A DNA stretch of 33,957 nucleotides from Neovahlkampfia damariscottae (Eukaryota): assembly GCA_016618085.1 (NCBI GenBank), contig JABLTG010000193.1, forward strand, positions 1 to 33,957. Direction: 5' to 3'. The notes under the pieces were generated by a model. That model saw only the letters and a program-made list of their open reading frames with translations. It was not told the origin of the DNA and did not search any database. Within the stretch, counting starts at the first letter, position 1, and every line of letters begins with the position of its first letter. The translations under genes were made by a program, and so were the position numbers. Of the stretch, positions 23,995-31,998 are shown piece after piece.

Positions 23995-24441
23995 AGTTTT
24001 TGATTGTCAACTTATCAAATCGACAAACCAACTGTGGTTTGGTTGAGGTCATCTGGCAACCTTCAAACCAGAAAATATGGCTTTGATAACGCCATATAGT
24101 GTTCATTAAATCAAATATGAATCACGAAAGTTTATCAATTCAATCATAATTTTCAATCAAAATTGAAAATATATTTAAAATTACAAATACTTTAAATTCA
24201 AATATTATTTTGCTATTCAAGATGGAATTTACATTATTTATCACATTTTTTTATTTATTTTCAATTGTTTCTAAAAGAGAGAAACTAATAGTTATTATTC
24301 AATTGATAATTTTTTTAAATTTGATTTAATAAACACTATATGGCGTTATCAAAGCCATATTTTCTGGTTTGAAGGTTGCCAGATGACCTCAACCAAACCA
24401 CAGTTGGTTTGTCGATTTGATAAGTTGACAAATCAAAAACT
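23995..24441. repeat. Near-perfect ~122-bp inverted repeat pair (23995-24116 / 24319-24441) with internal hairpins
   Basis: The arms are reverse complements with one substitution and one 1-nt indel, separated by a ~200-bp AT-rich spacer. Confidence 0.95.
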
Positions 24442-24494
24442 ACATAAGAAAGAATTTTGCAACTATCAAAACACTTGCATTTTCAAGATCAATT

Positions 24495-24889
24495 TCAATC
24501 AAAATTTATTTTTATTTTTGTTTGTACCTTCGTGAAAGAATGAAGGTACCACAAATCAAATGGAGATTTTACTTTTATTGTTCTTCACGGGACACTGTCA
24601 AAATGACGACAGTGGTGAGGGAACGAATCATATCAGTGAAACAAAAAATTAGGAAGTTATTTTAGGATTTTATGAACAAAAACAATGAACATGATATCTT
24701 TGGACTACTTCATTCAGTACTTTATTTTTTGAATTGTAAATCATTTGAAACATTTACTTTTTTGGTTCTTTTTACTGGTCATTTCAACAGTGATTTGTGA
24801 AGACCAATAAAAGTTAAGTTTGCATTTGATTTGTGGTACCTTCATTCTTTGATAAAGGTACAAAGAAAAATGAATAAAAATTTTATTGA
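24495..24889. repeat. Diverged ~118-bp inverted repeat pair (24495-24613 / 24774-24889) with internal hairpins
   Basis: Identical 28-nt core AAAGAATGAAGGTACCACAAATCAAATG plus flanking matches (TTTGTACCTT, ACTTTTATTG.TCTTCAC, CACTGT..AAATGAC). Confidence 0.9.
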
Positions 24890-24985
24890 CGAAATTTTTC
24901 GTTTTTTTTTTAACAAGAATGTTTCAAAATAGATGAATTTATTCATCTTCAAAGTTTACTTATTACTTGGGTATCTAAATCCATT

Positions 24986-25348
24986 TTATTGATAAACTTC
25001 GTTTTCGAACACAAAGGAATTTGGTGGAACATCATCTTCAATTGTTGGATGTCTCTTAATATTCGAATGAATTTTTTTTAACGTGAACAGCACTCAATGT
25101 AACACCTTGATAAATCTTAACATGCTGTTTAATAATAGTAGTTTCACCAATAACAACACCGGTACTATGATCAATGAAAAATGAACAACCAATGGTCGCT
25201 CCAGGATGAATATCAATTCCAGTTTTTCAGATCTGACATCATACTTGGAAGTCCCATGATGATAAAATTCATGAGCTAATCTATAAATTGAAATTATGTA
25301 AAATCCAAGATAAGTCAAATAAACTTCTTCACTTTTCAAATTATCCAA
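24986..25348 (-). pseudogene. cysE: Serine O-acetyltransferase (CysE/EpsC-type) pseudogene
   Basis: Across frames: EEVYLTYLGFYIISIYRLAHEFY / [46 protein letters not shown] / KRHPTIEDDVPPNSFV. Frameshifted, internally deleted, no N-terminus. Confidence 0.9.
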
Positions 25349-25355
25349 ATGTGAA

Positions 25356-26315
25356 TTATACAGATTCTATAATCCCATTATCCTTTAAATACTTCATAGT
25401 TGCTCGAAGATAATTCTCCTTCTTTTTATGGCGTCCAATCATTTCACTGATTCTCTTTACTTTATAATCAATGATGACAGGACCAAATTCAACTGTTTTT
25501 TCCCATTTTTTGTAGTCGGTAAATCTAAATCCTCTTCTTCCACCCTCCATTTTTGTGATAGTTTGAGAATTTTGATTGTAAACATCGGCCCCAGGATCTT
25601 TTCTTTCATTTCTTCTTTGAAATTCATTTGTCAAAAAAAATTGAAATTCAAGTACGGCTTGATATAATGTTTCACCTGCACCAACGAGTTTTACATAAGA
25701 ATCTCTAACTCTTACTTCAGTTTCAAGTCTTCCTCCTAATGTAACTTCTGTCATAAAATGAGTACCGAATTTCTTGATTGCTTCAATATATTTTGCTTCA
25801 TCATATTCATCAGGTAAGTTGTTCAATTGATCCAAAAAGTTATAAGAAGGTTTCAGTAATTGATTTGGAATCAGTTCAAATTTAAAAACTCCAAAATTGG
25901 CATGGACTCTTGAATATTGCAGAATTTTATCTTTTGTGATAGAACGAACCCTTTTTACTTCATTTGATAATGACAACCATGCACCTTTGTCAACATTTAC
26001 TCTTGTAAGCTTTTGAAGATATTCTGTGATGCTCTTTGAATTACTGTATATTTCTTTTGTATTTGATTGTTCACCAATTGTAACTTTATGTTGATCATAG
26101 TAACCCCATGTGTTTCCACTTGGTGTTTTTATTTTGTTTTTTCCTTTTTTTGTAGCAAAAGGAGGTAATTTAAATTCTCCTGTCACCATATCAATTCCTT
26201 GATTGATTAAGTTAAGATTTGGTACACAAGGATGGTTTCCACACCTTTGTTTTGAGTAAGTTTGAGTTACAGTTATAAGAAATAACATTACAAAGCAAAG
26301 AAGTGATTGTTTCAT
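25356..26315 (-). CDS. Secreted MACPF/perforin-like protein
   Basis: Signal peptide; FLDQLNNLPDEYDEAKYIEAIKKFGTHFMTEVTLGG signature; EGG...WEKTVEFGPVIIDYKVKRISEM...NYLRATMKYL end of domain. Confidence 0.93.
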   Translation of the reverse strand: MKQSLLCFVMLFLITVTQTYSKQRCGNHPCVPNLNLINQGIDMVTGEFKLPPFATKKGKNKIKTPSGNTWGYYDQHKVTIGEQSNTKEIYSNSKSITEYLQKLTRVNVDKGAWLSLSNEVKRVRSITKDKILQYSRVHANFGVFKFELIPNQLLKPSYNFLDQLNNLPDEYDEAKYIEAIKKFGTHFMTEVTLGGRLETEVRVRDSYVKLVGAGETLYQAVLEFQFFLTNEFQRRNERKDPGADVYNQNSQTITKMEGGRRGFRFTDYKKWEKTVEFGPVIIDYKVKRISEMIGRHKKKENYLRATMKYLKDNGIIESV

Positions 26316-26988
26316 TTCTTGTCAGTGATAATATTTGATTGGACAACAATTCAACCAATCAATTGTTTTTTATCTTATTTTGGTTTCGTTTTAGTAAGTG
26401 GGGTCTTTCTCGAATTGACATATAACGGTTCACGCCTCCTGATCCGCTGAGAACAACAAAAAATCGTTCAAAAAGGTCTTCATAAAATTTACCCGAAGAA
26501 AAAACATCAAATTCCCGTTTTCAAAATACAATGAGAAACGAAAAAAACTCATTTCTTTTCTCCTCAGAAGACGAAATTTATTGTTTCATTAAAAAAATAA
26601 ATTTGCATCCAATAAAAATTCTCCGATAATTCGACCAATGATGAACGTAAAATGGTTTGGAGTTTGAACGTTTATTTTCATAAAATGCCAAACTTTGGGT
26701 TTTTTTAAAAGCAAACCTTTTTTTATGTGAAAATCGTAATAAAATCATTCTATAACTAATCAGAAGATGAAATTTTTGTGTTTTTTCAACAAATTATTTA
26801 TGAATTGGAAGGTTAACATTTAAGTAATTATTATACAATAATAAATTGACAAGAGTAATTTTTTACCATTGAGTCTAATTTCTCCTTTCGTCGAGTTTTA
26901 AAACCGTTGATCCATTTCTTTTCACAACCGTCAAAAATAGTGGATTTAGATAATTATTTGAGCTTTGTATTTAATTTTAAAATAAATT

Positions 26989-27395
26989 TTAATTAAAAAT
27001 TACGGAATTCAGTCCATTAGTTTCAATAGAATTCCCCAAAGAGAATGATTTATCTCTTTTATCTTTGTTCTCACAACTTTTTTCTGGATATTTTGCTGCC
27101 AGCTTATCAATTTTTTTGTGTGGATTGAATAATGAAATAGAAACAACCTTGTACTTGCTTTTGTCTATTTTCTTTAAAAGTGCATCAACGTGCAAAATAT
27201 TTATGTGGTCACAACCCTTATTGAATATAGACAACTACTTTCATAATAAAATTTTCCTCTGCCTTGTGCTTCAACCTCAGAAAGAATGACATAAAATTCA
27301 AGTAAAAAATTGTTGCTTTTCAGAAATTTTTTGACTTCATCATTTACCTCAACAGAACAATGTTTGGCACTTTGCTCGAAAGTACTTTCCACCAT
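26989..27395 (-). pseudogene. Hypothetical gene, apparently frameshifted (two overlapping ORFs)
   Basis: ORFs 27201-27395 and 26989-27234 overlap out of frame; CCAAT upstream; intron-like GTAAT..AAAG at the 3' end. Confidence 0.35.
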
Positions 27396-27496
27396 GAAAA
27401 TTTCTCAGCCAATAAAATACGTTGTGAAATTATTGGCTACTTAGAATCTATTTTTAAACTAATTATGATTGGCAATTCACCTTCAACAAAAAAAAA

Positions 27497-28536
27497 ATGG
27501 AAACTGGGAAGTGGTTGAAAAATCAACTCCAAGAACTCCAATTGGATTTAAATGAAACTGAATTAGAGTATCTTTTAGATATATCAGAAAGTGTTTGTGA
27601 CAGAGAGTTTGCAGAAGAAATTTTGGAAGATGCAAAATCAAATCCAAGTTTTGTAGAAACATTTAAAAAAAGGCTTCAAAAAAACGACACAAAAAAAGAG
27701 AGAATTTTTATCAGTGTGAAACGTTCTGACAAAAAATCTCAAAAGGCATTCAATGACGGTCTAAAAAATTCACTTAAAAAATGAATATTGGGTCAAATTA
27801 TTCAATTGTCAATGGAACTGGACCATCTAAAAATCCAAATGTTGAAAAATATTATCTTGAGATATCCCAACAGTGCATAGGTGCAATAACAAAAAAAACA
27901 GATCAAAGTATTGAAGGTCTTTGTACTAAAAAATTAATTGAATGTTCTGCGTTGATTATGAAATGGACAAAAATAGCATCCAAAGGTGATGATATTGATA
28001 TGGTTACTCTTTTACATTCTGATGGATCCTTTGACCCACAATGTGTAACCCAAAAGTTTCCGGAGTATAAACTTGTTTCATACTCTATTTATCAAAATAA
28101 GAAAGATGATGATTTAGTCAAAGATTATGCTTGTTCTTTGAAACTTCGTCCTGAAGAAAGACAGCTTAATTACGGAGAAATTTATGTTAAAGTGAATCAT
28201 AAAAAAAAAATAAAAAGCATTGAAATTGAAATTGAAATCACTAAGCCTACATCAGCTAAAATAATGAAGTATGATAAACATGAACTCCGTAAAACAATAA
28301 ATATTATGAATAGTTTGTTTGGATACAAGGAATGTGATTTACAATACAACGGAGCCGAATGGACAGACATGGTTAAGTTAAAAAGTGATGTAGAAGAAAA
28401 TGCAAAGAAAAAAAGTGAAAGAAAACTTGATCCAATTTACAATTTCGATAAATCAACCAAAGGTACTCTCACGAAAAAACTAATGGACAATACTTTTGAT
28501 GATTATGTTAATGAATACAATCTACTTTCAAAATAA
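27497..28536 (+). CDS. Hypothetical protein(s): ORFs 27497-27784 and 27781-28536, possibly one frameshifted gene
   Basis: 95-aa and 251-aa ORFs overlap by ATGA at an A-run; no recognisable motif; host-type CCAAT boxes upstream. Confidence 0.5.
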
Positions 28537-28834
28537 ACTTTTTGATTGCATACCAATCCATGAACAAAAATAAACATAAAATAATTTACCTTTGTTAACC
28601 TTCGAAATTATAAAAATATTTATTAAAAAAATACAAATAGAAAATATGGAAAAAAAGTCTGTGATTTGGAAGGTTAACATTTTGGTAAAAAACAAGATTG
28701 ATTGCAAGGAAAAAACAGAGCCGTATTGGAAGAAGAAGAATATTTGTTGGCGTTTTGAGAATATAACTGCGGCTAGCTACCGTAGAAGTTGGTAATTATT
28801 GAGATGAGGGTGATGAGAGTGAAATAAAAATATT

Positions 28835-29038
28835 CTACTTCTTCTCATGAACGGATTTTGTTCTTTCAAGATCTTTCTTAAGATCATTATATTTTGTGAG
28901 CTCGATATTGGAACCCAAACATGAACTTCTTTCAATTCGTTGAGAAAATTGAATACATCCAGCAACTAATGGTGACAAAAAACTTGAAACACAAGTTAAA
29001 GAAGAAATTATAATCAAAGCTGTCAATTCTGTAAACAT
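28835..29038 (-). CDS. Small viral membrane protein
   Basis: 67 aa with an N-terminal hydrophobic helix, Cys residues and a charged tail; TATTATAAATATG start context like the other viral genes. Confidence 0.6.
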   Translation of the reverse strand: MFTELTALIIISSLTCVSSFLSPLVAGCIQFSQRIERSSCLGSNIELTKYNDLKKDLERTKSVHEKK

Positions 29039-29074
29039 ATTTATAATATATCTAAAGAAAATAAAAAAGATCTA

Positions 29075-29311
29075 CTAAAAACATTTTAAAAAATCTTCCA
29101 AGTTTTTGTCATGAAGGTAATACTTAAATTGCTTTGTGAACTTTTTTCCAAGCAATAAATTCATTTCTGAAACAAATTGTTTTCTTTCATCTTCAGTTTG
29201 TTTTTTCAATTGTAACACAAAAAAATTAAATAAATTTGCATTATTGACAATATTGTAATTTGAAACATAATAAAGTCCTGAAGATAAATAATCCATTATA
29301 TATTTGATCAA
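29075..29311 (-). CDS. Small hypothetical viral protein
   Basis: 78-aa frame abutting the ATPase stop; the true start may be the internal ATG (MDYLSSG). Confidence 0.5.
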   Translation of the reverse strand: MIKYIMDYLSSGLYYVSNYNIVNNANLFNFFVLQLKKQTEDERKQFVSEMNLLLGKKFTKQFKYYLHDKNLEDFLKCF

Positions 29312-29967
29312 TATTTTATTTTGAATTGTTTGTATTTTTCAGGTGCTTTTCCAATGGTATATTTATTTTCATCATCTTCCAAAACATTCACTAAAATAAA
29401 ATTATGTTTTTCTTTTGTGACATCATTAATAAATTCTTTAACGTTCTTTACAGATTTTTCACTCATGAAAGTTTCTTGAATTGCTTTAAATGAATTAATT
29501 TTTGTTTGTTTAAAAGTGAAAAAAAAAGTTGCACATTCTCTGATTGTTGTAGGAATTCGATAAATGTACTGAGTTGCGAAAATTAAGGTTAAGTTTGGAT
29601 GTCTATATGTACTGGACAATCTTTTCATGATATTACTATCGAAATTTACATTTCCAATACAATCATCAAAAATTACAAATGCTGGTGGAGCTTTACCTTT
29701 TTCTTTATGTTGTTTTACTTGAATATTATAAAATTTGATCAAAGTATTTTCATTGTATTGACCATGAACATATTCTTTTGGAAGTAAATCATAAGATCCA
29801 TTAAATTTCGTTGGACAAAAAACGATCCCATATTTGAATTTCTTTTTTCGAAATAATTCATTTAATAAATATTTGATCAAATATGATTTTCCAGAATTTG
29901 GAGGTGCACAAATAATACTAATATTAGGAATATGATTAGAAATAATATCAAAAGGATTTTCACACAT
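29308..29967 (-). CDS. A32-like (FtsK-HerA superfamily) DNA packaging ATPase
   Basis: Walker A APPNSGKS, GIVFCPT, Walker B FVIFDDC, Arg finger YRH, ATQY..IPTTIR. Confidence 0.93.
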   Translation of the reverse strand: MCENPFDIISNHIPNISIICAPPNSGKSYLIKYLLNELFRKKKFKYGIVFCPTKFNGSYDLLPKEYVHGQYNENTLIKFYNIQVKQHKEKGKAPPAFVIFDDCIGNVNFDSNIMKRLSSTYRHPNLTLIFATQYIYRIPTTIRECATFFFTFKQTKINSFKAIQETFMSEKSVKNVKEFINDVTKEKHNFILVNVLEDDENKYTIGKAPEKYKQFKIKY

Positions 29968-29994
29968 TTTATAAATTTAATTGATATTATATTT
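29968..29994 (-). promoter_or_regulatory. Putative viral promoter motif AAATATAATATCAA-N13-ATG
   Basis: The identical 14-mer lies at the same 13-nt spacing upstream of the ATPase and minor capsid (31987-32000) genes. Confidence 0.65.
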
Positions 29995-30007
29995 TAAAAT
30001 AAATTAT

Positions 30008-31222
30008 TTAGAGGTGTTTAATAGATCCATTATTAATAACAAATCTACCAGCACTTCTGACAATACAAATAATATCTGTGTCAGCAGCAAGAGCAGAGAA
30101 GTTAACAGTTAATGTTGCATTTTGTTCAGTAAAGAATCTTGAACCATGATAACGTTTGAATTCAGATGATTCAGCTCCATGATCAGATGCATAACTAATA
30201 ATAAATTCATTTCCTGAAGCTGTGCCATTTAATAAATTCACCCATCCAGGTAATTTTAAGCTTGGGAGAATAACACGATCATAATACTCCTTTGTGATAT
30301 CTTCTTCAAGTCCATAGTTTAGATATTTGTTTCCAGATTTCAAGTTAAATGAAGTTGGAGCAATATATGTATCAGTGTAATCTGAAGCATCCACTGTATC
30401 AGATAATGCAGATGCTCTCGCAAATACCTGAATATCCACAATCCTTTTGTTAACAAGTGTTGATAATTTTATGTTAGCACTTGTTGCTCCAGTTTCGGCA
30501 ACTTGTTCAACAATTTCATGATCAATATCAAAATAAGGAATTCCAGTAAGATCATTTTGATTATACATTGTTCTAACTGAGTTTATAATTGTAGGATTTG
30601 GTCTTGTATATTCTAAATCGAGATATGTATCAGTAATTGAAAATGTAGGTGATGATTTGTCAGTTTGGATGCAATATCTAACATTATCTCTTAAATACAT
30701 TTTAAATTCGAGCTTTCCTTCAATCATTGCTCGATCAAAAGGTTTTGCAAACAATGAAAATAATAATCTTAAAGGAATAACGAGTGTTTGAGCAGATCCA
30801 GCGAGAGTATTTCTTGTACTGGTAGATCCAATAGCAAGTTGTTGAGAAATACAGCTGTATTTATCGGAGCTTGAATAATTTTTAAGGTTACTATAAACAC
30901 ATTCTGGATAATTTGTTTCAAGTATATTATTTTCTAATACCAATTCAAATCTTTTAAACAAAAATAATGCAAGACAATTTACAGCTCTAATTTCTGTACC
31001 TCCAGATCCTGTAATTGCAGAAATATTAACTACAATATTAGAGTCAGTTAACCAATCATTGCCAGATTTTTCAACTTCATATCTAATTGTTGAATTAAAT
31101 GCTGGAGTTGAGGATCCATCAGGTTGAGATCTTCTATTATTTTTTTGTCCAATAATTTTCCCAGTTTGGGAGTATTGAAGTAAATGTAATTCGTTATTAT
31201 CAAAAAAACTATCTTGAGACAT
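30008..31222 (-). CDS. Major capsid protein (double jelly-roll), PLV type
   Basis: 404 aa, beta-rich; FNSTIRYEVEKSGNDWL...FKRFELVLENNILET...LVIPL resembles DJR-MCP N-termini; lies between the penton and the ATPase. Confidence 0.82.
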   Translation of the reverse strand: MSQDSFFDNNELHLLQYSQTGKIIGQKNNRRSQPDGSSTPAFNSTIRYEVEKSGNDWLTDSNIVVNISAITGSGGTEIRAVNCLALFLFKRFELVLENNILETNYPECVYSNLKNYSSSDKYSCISQQLAIGSTSTRNTLAGSAQTLVIPLRLLFSLFAKPFDRAMIEGKLEFKMYLRDNVRYCIQTDKSSPTFSITDTYLDLEYTRPNPTIINSVRTMYNQNDLTGIPYFDIDHEIVEQVAETGATSANIKLSTLVNKRIVDIQVFARASALSDTVDASDYTDTYIAPTSFNLKSGNKYLNYGLEEDITKEYYDRVILPSLKLPGWVNLLNGTASGNEFIISYASDHGAESSEFKRYHGSRFFTEQNATLTVNFSALAADTDIICIVRSAGRFVINNGSIKHL

Positions 31223-31249
31223 TGTAATATTATTAGTTGATAAAAAAAA

Positions 31250-31973
31250 TTATATAGTTTCAATTAAAAAACATAAAATATAATCGATTCCATTAAAATC
31301 AACTAAATTGCTCTCGTCATCAAAAAATTCTATAGATAAACTATCTATTCTTTTTTGCTTATTGCAAATATTGTTCACAATGTTACTGTTGTCAGTTATA
31401 TAATTATATTCGCCAAAGTTAACATTATTTGGAATGAAGAATGATTTATCTATATTTTGAATATTAGATTCAATTAAATTATTCGTTTCTTTGATTCTTA
31501 ATTTATAGTATTTTGTTCCAGAAAGATCATAAACATTTGTTCCTGTCACATCCATTGTTGAAGATGTATTTGATGAACCAAAACCCAATATTTTCCCTAA
31601 ACTTGTATTTTGAGAAAATTTTATAATTATTGAAACAGTTGATTGAATTCTGAATTTATTTGTTGAACTACTTTGAGTGACAGTGAATGTAGAACTGAAA
31701 GAATTGGTATTTAATTGTGTTTGAAGCTCTGTAGCAAGGGTTGAAGGTGTGTAATTTCCATTTGTGAGAGTAAAAGTATGATCTGTACTACTTTCCTCAA
31801 CAACAATGGTATTATTATTACTATTAATTAGATATTGGGTATTTGGAATAATGCAACCAGTTAATTTAATATATTTTACATTTTCAAATGTTGTTTCAGT
31901 TCTGTAAACCCAGTTATTATTATTTGGATAAACAGAATCTTTGTGAACTATCAACAATAATATTTGTTCTCAT
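31250..31973 (-). CDS. Minor capsid protein (penton, single jelly-roll); 2-bp frameshift near the 5' end
   Basis: FENVKYIKL..CIIPNTQYLINSNNN, LTNGNYT..LATELQ, LGKILGF, IDSLSIEFFD..LVDFNG. ATG 31973 gives MRTNIIVDSSQR, out of frame with DSVYP. Confidence 0.85.
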
Positions 31974-31998
31974 TTTATATAATTACTTGATATTATAT

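Larger units (their letters stand above)
26801..28688. repeat. Three copies of a GAAGGTTAACA-core motif (26801-26821 +, 28585-28610 -, 28662-28682 +)
   Basis: TGA(A/T)TTGGAAGGTTAACATTT direct repeat (20/21 identical) and an inverted copy TGTTAACCTTC at 28593-28603. Confidence 0.7.

Noticed and set aside
23995..24889. CRISPR array, tRNAs, or canonical U1/U2/U5/U6 snRNAs
   Set aside because: The repeats are inverted pairs, not repeat-spacer arrays. No cloverleaf or T-loop, and the diagnostic snRNA motifs (ACUUACCUG, GUAGUA, GCCUUUUAC, ACAGAGA) are absent.
27497..28536. Orphan ORFs as viral integrase/polymerase
   Set aside because: No DDE, tyrosine-recombinase, PolB or helicase motifs seen, and the promoters are host-type CCAAT.
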